The notes under the pieces were generated by a model. That model was not told the origin of the DNA. It made no database searches and saw nothing but the letters and a program-made list of their open reading frames with translations. Positions 1-7,649 of a DNA stretch of 25,236 nucleotides are shown piece by piece. The translations under genes were made by a program, and so were the position numbers. The stretch comes from a virus (lineage: Duplodnaviria; Caudoviricetes): positions 1 through 25,236 of IMG/VR virus record IMGVR_UViG_3300010048_000037, one strand, 5' to 3'. Each line of letters begins with the position of its first letter. Within the stretch, counting starts at the first letter, position 1.

Positions 1-2
1 AC

Positions 3-323
3 GCCAAGGTCGATGTTGAAGCCTACCGAGCCACCACCGAGCGCATGGGGAAGCTGCTCTCGATGTCAGGCACCGATGGCGCTTATGTCGATGGCAACGA
101 GGTGCGCGGGCTCATCAAGGCGATGATGATCGATGTGATGCAGGAGGGCGGCCTCGCCCCGGTGATGCAGCGTGCGCTGATGGATCAATCGGCGCAGGGC
201 AACATCATTGCCTCGCTCGCGCCGACCGCGCAGGGCATGCCCGGTGGCGTGCCCGCTGGTATTCCAGGGATGGCCAACGGGCAGATTCATGCGCTTTCCC
301 CCGTCACCCCGCCGATGAGGTGA
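3..323 (+). CDS. Portal protein, C-terminal fragment (5' truncated by the window)
   Basis: The frame is open from the window edge (AKVDVEAYRATTERM...). This resembles the helical C-terminal region of P22-like portals, ends in a Q/P/G/M-rich tail, and lies upstream of the scaffold and coat genes. Confidence 0.6.
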   Translation, partial: AKVDVEAYRATTERMGKLLSMSGTDGAYVDGNEVRGLIKAMMIDVMQEGGLAPVMQRALMDQSAQGNIIASLAPTAQGMPGGVPAGIPGMANGQIHALSPVTPPMR

Positions 324-327
324 TGCG

Positions 328-489
328 ATGGTCCTCGAGATCCTGCTGGTGGTGGATTTGTTTCTGTGGCTGATCGCTTTGCTGCCGGTGCCGCAGATGG
401 GGCAATTTTCCTGGGCAACGTCGTGGCTGGCGTGGATTGCGATGCTGCTCGTCACCCTGATCCTCTTCATGCCGCATCTGAGGGCGTGA
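328..489 (+). CDS. Small 2-TM membrane protein (53 aa; not in the ORF track)
   Basis: Manual translation: MVLEILLVVDLFLWLIALLPVPQMGQFSWATSWLAWIAMLLVTLILFMPHLRA. GAGG SD at 317-320, and two hydrophobic segments separated by a PVP turn. Confidence 0.65.
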   Translation: MVLEILLVVDLFLWLIALLPVPQMGQFSWATSWLAWIAMLLVTLILFMPHLRA

Positions 490-988
490 GCGGAACGCCC
501 CGTTGAGAGGAACTGACGCAACCATGTTCCTTGATGTCGAGAACACGCAGATTTTCGGGCCGATTATCGTGTCGGTCACGGTTGATATGATCGACGTGCT
601 CGGTCTTCAGCAATTTGCGGCCAAGCGCCTGTTCCATGACGTGCCGATGCTCAAGGAGGCGTACGCCATCGACCGTTATGCGGATGTACCGCTTCCTCGG
701 CGGCAAAACGCGTTGCGCAAGCGTATAGCAGGCTTGAGAGCAATACCTAGATTTGAGAAGACGAGAGGGCGGCAGATCGAAAGATTTGCCGCAGCTTTCG
801 CACGCTATGCTGAACCCACCACGATTATGCGCTGGCTTACCGACAATGGCTTTAAGTCTTGCCGGTTCTCTGGCGGCGATTGTTCCAAGGTTGTGGCACC
901 TACGAGAGCAATAAACCGCGGTATCTTTGCGGTATGGCCTCACTGTGAACAACTTGCCGCAAACAGTGCATTCTTTGGAGATTGCCAT
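467..988 (-). CDS. HNH homing endonuclease with two Zn-ribbon repeats
   Basis: From MAISKECTVCGK: two CxxC...YCSxxC repeats, then YIRITVDG-LEHRHVME-EHVDHINRDRHDNRPENL (HNH_3-like). The upstream part of the 366-aa ORF is a shadow of + strand genes. Confidence 0.85.
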   Translation of the reverse strand: MAISKECTVCGKLFTVRPYRKDTAVYCSRRCHNLGTIAAREPARLKAIVGKPAHNRGGFSIACESCGKSFDLPPSRLLKSRYCSQACYTLAQRVLPPRKRYIRITVDGVRLLEHRHVMEQALGRKLLKTEHVDHINRDRHDNRPENLRVLDIKEHGCVSSSQRGVPLTPSDAA

Positions 989-1127
989 GCCGCTTAAGAA
1001 AGGCTCTTCGAAGGCTACAATTTCCAAGAATATATCAGAACTTCGAGACTCCGGTCGTGGAGAAAAGCAGGCGGTGGCGATCGCGCTCTCGACGGCGCGG
1101 CAATCAAAGCGCAAGGGGAAACGCTGA
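987..1127 (+). CDS. Small basic phage protein (MPLKKG...QAVAIAL type, 46 aa)
   Basis: ATG at 987 with GGAG SD at 977-980. MPLKKGSSKATISKNISEL...KQAVAIALS is a motif I recognise from podovirus head regions. The stop overlaps the next ATG. Confidence 0.75.
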   Translation: MPLKKGSSKATISKNISELRDSGRGEKQAVAIALSTARQSKRKGKR

Positions 1128-1579
1128 TGCCGCTTGATCTGAGCCAGATGAACCCGCAGCAGCTGCAGTTTTTGCTCAGCATGTTTTCTGGCCAGGGCGG
1201 CGGTGGATTGCCGCAATTGCCGGGCGCCAATATCGGCACCGGACCAGGGCAGATGACGCCGCAGCAGGCGCAGATGAGCCAAATGTTGAACCCGCAGGCG
1301 AGCCCGATGCAGCAGGTGCTGCAGCGCTTGACCCAATTGCAGGCGATGCAGCAGCAGCCGCCACCGGGGATGGCGGGCCCGGGGATGAATATGGGCAATC
1401 CCTTGATGGCGGGGGGTGGCGCTAACCCGCAGGCGCAGGCACTGCTGCGCATGATGCTGATGCGAGGCGGCGGCCAGCTGCCAGCGGGAGGGGCGCCGCA
1501 ATACCAGCAGATTGATCCCGTCGGCAGTCTTCAGCCTATAGGGATGGTCCGCGGCCTTGCCGCACAAGGGCTGCGCTGA
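1127..1579 (+). CDS. Q/M/G/P-rich low-complexity hypothetical protein
   Basis: Coupled by TGATG overlaps at both ends; strongly biased composition. Confidence 0.7.
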   Translation: MPLDLSQMNPQQLQFLLSMFSGQGGGGLPQLPGANIGTGPGQMTPQQAQMSQMLNPQASPMQQVLQRLTQLQAMQQQPPPGMAGPGMNMGNPLMAGGGANPQAQALLRMMLMRGGGQLPAGGAPQYQQIDPVGSLQPIGMVRGLAAQGLR

Positions 1580-1941
1580 TGGCTATTCCCCAGCCGCAGC
1601 CGATCGCCACCACCCCCTTCCAGCAGCAGATGCCGGTGGTGCGCACCGGGCAAGTCACCGACCAACAGCTACCCTGGGCGCAGCAATGGCAGAAATACCT
1701 GGCCGGCATCGCCGCCTTTAACCAGCAACAAGCGCAGCAACTGCACAATCTCTCGCCTTGGTTTAATAATCCCCTGGTGAGCGGTCAGCCGCTGATGTCG
1801 CAGCAGCAAATGCTCAACCTGCGCATGCTGATGGGGGGTGACCAGGGCGGCCTCGCGGTGCCGAACTGGGGTGGTTCGGGGCAAGGCTCTCTCGCCCCGG
1901 TCAATGATGTCGCGCAGTACCTGATGGGCCTCGGTCAGTGA
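1579..1941 (+). CDS. Q/P/M-rich low-complexity hypothetical protein
   Basis: TGATG overlap upstream and GTGA overlap downstream. Confidence 0.7.
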   Translation: MAIPQPQPIATTPFQQQMPVVRTGQVTDQQLPWAQQWQKYLAGIAAFNQQQAQQLHNLSPWFNNPLVSGQPLMSQQQMLNLRMLMGGDQGGLAVPNWGGSGQGSLAPVNDVAQYLMGLGQ

Positions 1942-2129
1942 GAGGGATCACATTGAAACTCTCCGATCCCGAAGTCGGCGCGCTCTTTCTGCTCGTGCGT
2001 CTCGGCATGGATGCCTATGACGGCAAGGGCGAGGTCCATGAGTTGCGCACGATGCTCGACCAATTGCCGCTGCAGGTGATCGACGATGTGCTCGAGACGA
2101 TGCGCGCGGCCTCGAAAGGGCTGATGTAA
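1938..2129 (+). CDS. Hypothetical protein
   Basis: GTGA and TAATG coupling to neighbours; host-like codon usage. Confidence 0.6.
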   Translation: MRGITLKLSDPEVGALFLLVRLGMDAYDGKGEVHELRTMLDQLPLQVIDDVLETMRAASKGLM

Positions 2130-2614
2130 TGGCCGCGAACCTCTTGCGCCCCGACGAGAACCCGGGCGGAAGGTGGGGTCCGGGGAGTGTCGAGGTCAAC
2201 CCCGGAACGCCGCGGATCCAGGGCGGCAACGCGCTGATGCCGCGCACAATGGCCGAGATGCTGCGAACCCCGCCGCCGCCCGAGCCGGAGGTGCCGCCAC
2301 CGGGGCCAAACGAGATTTCCTCGCGTGTCCCGGTGCCAAAGCACCATTTTGACGAATTGGAGCACGAGGGGCTGCACGAGAAGATGGGGTCGGATTTTGA
2401 TGATCCGGTGGCAAGCCACTTTGTCCGTGTCGGCTACCACGGCGCGCGCATGCAAAATGACGATGTCGCCTCAAAGCATATTCTGGAGGCGGCAAAGCGC
2501 GCCTATCACGCGGTAAAGCACGGGTTTATGCCAACAGAGATGGCCCTGGCGGCGGTTGGCGCGCATGCGCGCAACGCGCACGAGGCCGAGAGGATGAGAG
2601 AGGATGAGCAGTAG
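2129..2614 (+). CDS. Hypothetical protein (Pro-rich N-half, His-rich helical C-half)
   Basis: TAATG coupling; overlaps the scaffold start. Confidence 0.65.
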   Translation: MAANLLRPDENPGGRWGPGSVEVNPGTPRIQGGNALMPRTMAEMLRTPPPPEPEVPPPGPNEISSRVPVPKHHFDELEHEGLHEKMGSDFDDPVASHFVRVGYHGARMQNDDVASKHILEAAKRAYHAVKHGFMPTEMALAAVGAHARNAHEAERMREDEQ

Positions 2615-3452
2615 GATCCGCGCCGATGGCGCAGCCGATCCGGGCGAATCGCCGCCGGTCGAAGAGCCGCAACCGGCAAAATCGACCCATCAGGATGATA
2701 GGGAACGAAATGAGCCCGCGCCGTCGAATGACCGGCGCCCGGAACCGGCGAATGATCGCTTGCCGGGTGGCGCGAACGAAGATGCGCCCGCGGCCGAGCC
2801 CGAGATCGACTGGAAGCAGCGGGTCGATGCGCTCACCCGGCAGAAATACGAGGCGCAGCGCCAGCGCGATGAATTTGCCGCGATGCTGCAGCAATACCGC
2901 CAGCAGCAATCTTATCAGCCGCCGCCCCCCGGCACACCAGAGGACCCGCGCGAGCAGGGGCGGCGCGAAGGACGCCAGCAGGCGGCCGAAGAACAGCTGC
3001 AGCAGCGCTTTAACGAGGACTGCAATACGCTTTTCCGCCGCGGCCAAGATGAATTTGGCGATATGCAGGACGCGGTATCGGCATTAAATGCGGTCGGCTA
3101 CGGCAACCGCCCGGATGCCCTGGTAGCGCTCACGCGCCTTCCCGATGGGCACCGTGTCTATCGGCAACTGGCAAGCGATCTCGACAATGCGGCGCGGATC
3201 CTCTCGCTGGCGCCCATGGAGATGGCGATCGAATTTGCCAAGATGTCGGGGCGCGAGAATGGGTCAGTGCCCCTACCCGATGTTTCACGTGAAGCCCCCG
3301 CTCCGCCGGCTGCGGTGACCCGCACCCCGCCGCCGCTGCGCCCCTTGGGCGGCAATTCGACGCGGGCGGAAAAGCCGCTGCAAGACGTCTCGATGGCCGA
3401 ATTTATCCGGCGGCGTGACCGCGACGAGCGCCGCAGCCGAATCGCCCGCTAA
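2604..3452 (+). CDS. Capsid scaffolding protein
   Basis: Acidic disordered N-terminus, coiled coil WKQRVDALTRQKYEAQRQRD, PPPLRPLGG, and a C-terminal SMAEFIRRR helix. Located between the portal and coat genes. Confidence 0.8.
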   Translation: MSSRIRADGAADPGESPPVEEPQPAKSTHQDDRERNEPAPSNDRRPEPANDRLPGGANEDAPAAEPEIDWKQRVDALTRQKYEAQRQRDEFAAMLQQYRQQQSYQPPPPGTPEDPREQGRREGRQQAAEEQLQQRFNEDCNTLFRRGQDEFGDMQDAVSALNAVGYGNRPDALVALTRLPDGHRVYRQLASDLDNAARILSLAPMEMAIEFAKMSGRENGSVPLPDVSREAPAPPAAVTRTPPPLRPLGGNSTRAEKPLQDVSMAEFIRRRDRDERRSRIAR

Positions 3453-3456
3453 TCCC

Positions 3457-3486
3457 AAAACAAATGGGCCCGGGGGAGCGGGCCCA
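3457..3486 (-). terminator. Probable intrinsic terminator, - strand
   Basis: 8-bp stem TGGGCCCG (3465-3472)/CGGGCCCA (3479-3486). On the - strand it is followed by TTTGTTTT. Confidence 0.5.
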
Positions 3487-3554
3487 AGTCGCGGAACGTC
3501 CGACCGCTGCCAGGTGCGGCCAAGATCAATAATAACGCATCTGGGGGATAATCG

Positions 3555-4697
3555 ATGCAACGCTGTCGGGGCGCGTTAGCAATTTTTCTGCTCCTGCCTT
3601 TTTTCACTTACACCATGACCGACGCGCACGCGCAGGGCAATTCGGCGGCGCATGGTCACAATGGCAACGGGGGTGGCAATGGCGGCAGCGGCGGCGGGAG
3701 CCCACCGCCACCACCACCGCCGGGCATCGGGGTACAGGGCATCGGTGTCTTTGGGCCGTGGGACGCGAGCATCGCGCACCCGCAATGGGTGACGGGGCCG
3801 GACGGCAACCCCGTCCAGGTGTGGACGGTGCCAGCCGATTACGCCTACTGGGAGGGGGCGCTCGGGATGCCGCAGGGCAGCATTGTTTCGAGCGGCAGCG
3901 GGATTGCGATGGACCCCGACTCGCGCGGCGGCTGGGCCAATTACGAAGGCTCGGCGTGGTCGATTGTCGAATGGCAGTACACCAGCGGCCGCGGCCCGCA
4001 GCTCTGGCTCAATATCCCGCCCTTCCCGCAGCACGAGGGGCTGACCCTGCGCCAGGCAGCAACAGGCGTCTTCAATGCTCATTACCAGGCTGTGGCGCAG
4101 CAGCTTGCCGGCTGGGGCTACAACGAGGTCACCTTCCGCCCGATCTGGGAGTTCGAGGGCGGCTGGTACGAGTGGGGTTGGGCGAGCGGGTTTCAGAACA
4201 CCAATACCTACTGCGCCGATTTTATCGGTGCCTTTCACCAGATGGTGGTCGCAATCCGCGGGGTCATGCCGAACGCGACATTCGCCTTTAACGCCGCCGA
4301 CGGCACGATCATGCCCAACTGGCAGGCATGCTACCCAGGCGACCAGGATACCGATTTTGTCGCGATCGATACCTATGACGGCAACCGCAGCCAGCTAGAG
4401 CCAGACGCGGCCCGCTGGCAACAGGACCAGGTGCCGGGCATCACCATCAGCCAGGGGCTGGCGCTGCAGCATAGGAAGGGCTGGGCGGTGCCGGAATGGG
4501 CTATCGGCCGCATGGGCGATAACCCGCTCTTTGTCGCCAACATGGCAGCGGCGATGGACGCCTACCGGGCTTATGGCTTGGCCGCCTTCTCGGGCTATTG
4601 GAACTCCGGCGACCCGAACTCGGGCTATGTCGGCTACATGAACACCGACACCAACCCGCTTTCATGGGCTGAGTTTAAAAAAGATTTCCATCTCTAA
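3555..4697 (+). CDS. Secreted glycoside hydrolase, GH26-like (beta-mannanase family) moron
   Basis: Signal-peptide-like N-terminus (AHA|Q) and a Gly/Pro linker. Motifs RPIWEFEGGWYEW (acid/base Glu), YPGDQDTDFVAIDTYD and KGWAVPEWAIG (nucleophile Glu) are typical of GH26 TIM barrels. Confidence 0.8.
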   Translation: MQRCRGALAIFLLLPFFTYTMTDAHAQGNSAAHGHNGNGGGNGGSGGGSPPPPPPPGIGVQGIGVFGPWDASIAHPQWVTGPDGNPVQVWTVPADYAYWEGALGMPQGSIVSSGSGIAMDPDSRGGWANYEGSAWSIVEWQYTSGRGPQLWLNIPPFPQHEGLTLRQAATGVFNAHYQAVAQQLAGWGYNEVTFRPIWEFEGGWYEWGWASGFQNTNTYCADFIGAFHQMVVAIRGVMPNATFAFNAADGTIMPNWQACYPGDQDTDFVAIDTYDGNRSQLEPDAARWQQDQVPGITISQGLALQHRKGWAVPEWAIGRMGDNPLFVANMAAAMDAYRAYGLAAFSGYWNSGDPNSGYVGYMNTDTNPLSWAEFKKDFHL

Positions 4698-4712
4698 AAA
4701 CCGGATCATCCG

Positions 4713-4880
4713 ATGATCTACACCCTCACTTACCTCGATGCCAACGGCGCGCCGCTCTTGGAAGCGACGTTCAACGCCGCCGGACCGATCGAAGCGCTGT
4801 CGCATATGCTGACGGTGCCCTCGCTGCACCCGCCGCCCGGGACCGTGCGCATCGAGGTCGAGGCCAACGCGGCGCCTTGA
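4713..4880 (+). CDS. Small hypothetical protein (55 aa; not in the ORF track)
   Basis: Manual translation: MIYTLTYLDANGAPLLEATFNAAGPIEALSHMLTVPSLHPPPGTVRIEVEANAAP. High GC at third codon positions. Confidence 0.55.
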   Translation: MIYTLTYLDANGAPLLEATFNAAGPIEALSHMLTVPSLHPPPGTVRIEVEANAAP

Positions 4881-4905
4881 TCGCTGCATAAGAGTGTGAC
4901 ATATT
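4877..4905 (+). promoter_or_regulatory. Sigma70-like promoter for the capsid leader/operon
   Basis: TTGATC (4877-4882), 17-nt spacer, CATATT (4900-4905), with extended -10 TG at 4897-4898. Confidence 0.5.
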
Positions 4906-4913
4906 TGCCGCCT

Positions 4914-5090
4914 TCCCTCCCTCGGGGAGGGATTGCGCCGTCTTCCCCGGTTAATGGGATTGCGCCGCTCTTCGCCCGGTTCACAAGGCGATGCGCCGCT
5001 CTCGCGCCGGTTAATGCGCGGAAATCCACCGTCAACTCATTGACGCGCTTGGTTGCGCCTTCATCCCTCGCGCACCGGCGCCTGGGGGAT
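4914..5090 (+). ncRNA. Putative structured cis-regulatory leader RNA (hairpin array) of the capsid gene
   Basis: Six hairpins. Three share the loop CGGTT(AAT/CACAA) on different stems and are joined by TGCGCCG linkers. The last hairpin pairs with the SD. Confidence 0.6.
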
Positions 5091-5095
5091 ATTCC

Positions 5096-6310
5096 GTGGC
5101 GAACTCACTCCTTACCATCAGCATGGTGACGCGGGAGGCTGTGAGGCTCTTCCGCAATAGCAATTGGTTTTTGCGCACGATCAACCGCCAGTTCGACGAA
5201 GAGTTTGGCCGTGGCGGCGCCAAGATCGGCTCGCAGCTCAGAATCAGGCTGCCGAACGATTACACCCTGCGCACTGGCCCGACGGCGAACCCGCAATCGA
5301 CAAACGAGCAGTCGACGATGCTCACCGTCGCCAACCAGTATGGCGTCGATGTGTCGTTTACCAGCGCCGATCGCGCGTTGAGCTTGGATGATTATTCTGA
5401 GCGGGTCTTGGCCCCCGCGGTCAACATCCTCGCCGGTGGTGTCGCCGTCGCGGTGATGGCGAATATCGAGCAGGCCTCGAATTTCGTCATGAACACCGAC
5501 GCCTCGAGCAACATGATCAGCCCCTCCGCCGGCACCTGGCTGCAGGCCGGCGCGATCCTCGATCGCAATGGCGCGCCGAGAAACGATCGCTTTATCGTGC
5601 TCGATCCGATTACCCAGGCGAGGACGGTTACCTCACTCACCGGGCTCTTCAATCCGCAGGCGAAGATCTCCGAGCAATATATGCGTGGCACGCTCTCGGT
5701 CGACACCTTGGGGTTCGATTGGGGCATGGACCAGACCGTCACCATGCACACGACGGGGGCCTACGGCACGCCGCCGACCGTCTCCGGCGCCAATCAGACG
5801 GGCTCGACCCTGACAATCTCGGCGCTCGCGGGGCCGGTTGTCGCCGGCGATATCTTTACCATTGCTGGGGTCAGAGCCGTTAACCGGGTCACTAAATCCT
5901 CAACCGGGCAATTGCAGCAGTTCACCATCCTGGCGAACGCCAATGCCGGCGCCACCTCGCTCTCGATCTACCCGCCGATCACCCCGGCATCGGGTGGCAA
6001 CCCCGTTCCCTTCCAGACGGTCGATGTCTCGCCTGCCGGCGGCGCTAATATCGTCTTTGCCACCGCGGCGTCGTCAGCCTACCGCAACAATTTTGCCTAT
6101 TATGCGGAGGCCTTGACGCTGGCCACCGCCGAATTGGAATTGCCGCGCGGTACGCACGAGGCGGCAAGGGAGACTTATGACGGTATTTCGTTGAGGATGG
6201 TCACGGATTACGCGATCCTCTCCGATAGCTTCGTCACCCGTCTTGATATCCTTTTCGGCAGCCTCATGGTGCGGCCGGAATGGGTCTGTAAAGTCGCCGA
6301 CATACCTTAA
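5096..6310 (+). CDS. Major capsid protein, P22 gp5-like coat
   Basis: MANSLLTISMVTREAVRL, KIGSQLRIRLP, SLDDYSERVLAPA, GDIFTIAGV, TRLDILFG...RPEW. GTG start with GGGGGA SD. Confidence 0.92.
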   Translation: MANSLLTISMVTREAVRLFRNSNWFLRTINRQFDEEFGRGGAKIGSQLRIRLPNDYTLRTGPTANPQSTNEQSTMLTVANQYGVDVSFTSADRALSLDDYSERVLAPAVNILAGGVAVAVMANIEQASNFVMNTDASSNMISPSAGTWLQAGAILDRNGAPRNDRFIVLDPITQARTVTSLTGLFNPQAKISEQYMRGTLSVDTLGFDWGMDQTVTMHTTGAYGTPPTVSGANQTGSTLTISALAGPVVAGDIFTIAGVRAVNRVTKSSTGQLQQFTILANANAGATSLSIYPPITPASGGNPVPFQTVDVSPAGGANIVFATAASSAYRNNFAYYAEALTLATAELELPRGTHEAARETYDGISLRMVTDYAILSDSFVTRLDILFGSLMVRPEWVCKVADIP

Positions 6311-6319
6311 GGAGTCTTC

Positions 6320-6592
6320 ATGGCAGCCGAAGTGCTCCCCGGCAATCTCGGGCGCAACGATTACCCGAAAATGCTCTACCACCCGGATGGGCGCACGGTG
6401 GTCGTCGACACCCCCGAGGAGCACGACCGGCTGCACAAGGAGGATTGGGGAACGCAGCCGCAGGACATCCACCGCGAACGCCCGGCGAGTTCCTTCCCGA
6501 TGTCGAATGGCGGTGATCCGCTGGCGATGATGATACGAGAGACGCTCGAGGCCGTGCTTGACGAGCGCGGCATTGGCAAGAGGAGACGGTAG
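6320..6592 (+). CDS. Hypothetical head-associated protein
   Basis: AAGGAG SD; YPKMLYHPDG...VVDTPEE motif, directly after the coat gene. Confidence 0.7.
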   Translation: MAAEVLPGNLGRNDYPKMLYHPDGRTVVVDTPEEHDRLHKEDWGTQPQDIHRERPASSFPMSNGGDPLAMMIRETLEAVLDERGIGKRRR

Positions 6593-6832
6593 ATGGCACG
6601 AGATGTTCACGGCGACTGGCGCACCTCGACAAAGCGCGACCCGCATGTCGAGCCCCTGGAGCGGCAAAAGCGTGGTGGCGGCCGCTATGACGCGGGGCCT
6701 GGCAGCACCGGCCTGCCCTCGGCGCGGATGATGGACCGTCCGCCTTCCCCCTGCGGCGCCTTTGATCGCTCGGGTGATAGCCGCGGCTCGATCAATCGGG
6801 GGATCCGCAAGATCCAGGATCAGGATCGCTAA
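6593..6832 (+). CDS. Small basic hypothetical protein
   Basis: GAGGAG SD; starts immediately after the upstream stop. Confidence 0.6.
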   Translation: MARDVHGDWRTSTKRDPHVEPLERQKRGGGRYDAGPGSTGLPSARMMDRPPSPCGAFDRSGDSRGSINRGIRKIQDQDR

Positions 6833-6835
6833 CCA

Positions 6836-7645
6836 ATGCTGGTGCAGGACCTCATCAGTCTTGCACTGAGAACGTCGGGGGTCCTCGGGGTCGGGCAAAC
6901 CGCGCTCCCGCAGGACCTCGCCGATGCACAGCAGCTATTGATCCTCTTGATGCAGGAATGGCGGCAAAAAAGATGGCTCGTCTACCGCCTCAATACCGCG
7001 ATGATCCCCTTGAACCCGGGGCAGATGACCTACCAGGTGGGGCCGGCGGCGGCATCCCCGACGCCTGATTTCATCACCGACGGGAAGTTTCGGCCGGCCA
7101 CCATCCAATCCTGCTATCTGCGCCAGCAGGTGGGATCGGGGCCCAATTCCTACCCGCTCGATTTTCCGATGCGAATCTTGGAGTCGCGGCAGCAATACGA
7201 CGCGATCAGTCTCAAAAACCTGCACTCGTGGCCGTCGCTCATCTATTACGATCCGATCGTGCCGGTGGCGACGATGTATCTGTGGCCGGTGCCGGTGCAG
7301 GCGTTTTTCTCGCTCTACATCGCCTGGCAGAGTGCGATTGATTTTGCCGCCGAGGGCTCGCAAACGGCCGATCTCGAGACGATCCTGCCGGCGGAAACCC
7401 AATTGGCGCTGATGTACAATCTCGCGGTCAAAACCGCCATTGCCTACAAGCTGCCGCCCGATGAAGAACTGAAGGGCATGGCGCGCAGCGCCTTGAATAC
7501 CCTGCGCATGACGAATTTCGCGCTGCAGCCCTTAAAGATGCCGGCCTCGCTCGTTGGCACGGGCGTGCGGATGAAGAACCCCTTGGGCGGGTTTGTCTAC
7601 CCAGAAACCAGTGCCGGGGTTCCGGTCGGGACCCAGCTGGGGTGA
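6836..7645 (+). CDS. Head-tail adaptor (P22 gp4-like)
   Basis: VQDLISLALRTSGVLGVGQ...DLADAQQLL..LMQEW, YLWPVP, LALMYNLAV; position between the coat and gp10-like genes. Confidence 0.8.
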   Translation: MLVQDLISLALRTSGVLGVGQTALPQDLADAQQLLILLMQEWRQKRWLVYRLNTAMIPLNPGQMTYQVGPAAASPTPDFITDGKFRPATIQSCYLRQQVGSGPNSYPLDFPMRILESRQQYDAISLKNLHSWPSLIYYDPIVPVATMYLWPVPVQAFFSLYIAWQSAIDFAAEGSQTADLETILPAETQLALMYNLAVKTAIAYKLPPDEELKGMARSALNTLRMTNFALQPLKMPASLVGTGVRMKNPLGGFVYPETSAGVPVGTQLG

Positions 7646-7649
7646 TCAC

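Noticed and set aside
503-997. 164-aa + strand ORF that would keep operon direction
   Set aside because: The opposite strand carries clear Zn-ribbon and HNH motifs; this frame has none.
4914-5021. Mini CRISPR array interpretation of the repeats
   Set aside because: Units are about 28-32 nt in total with no unique spacers, the variable parts are self-complementary stems, and no cas genes are present.
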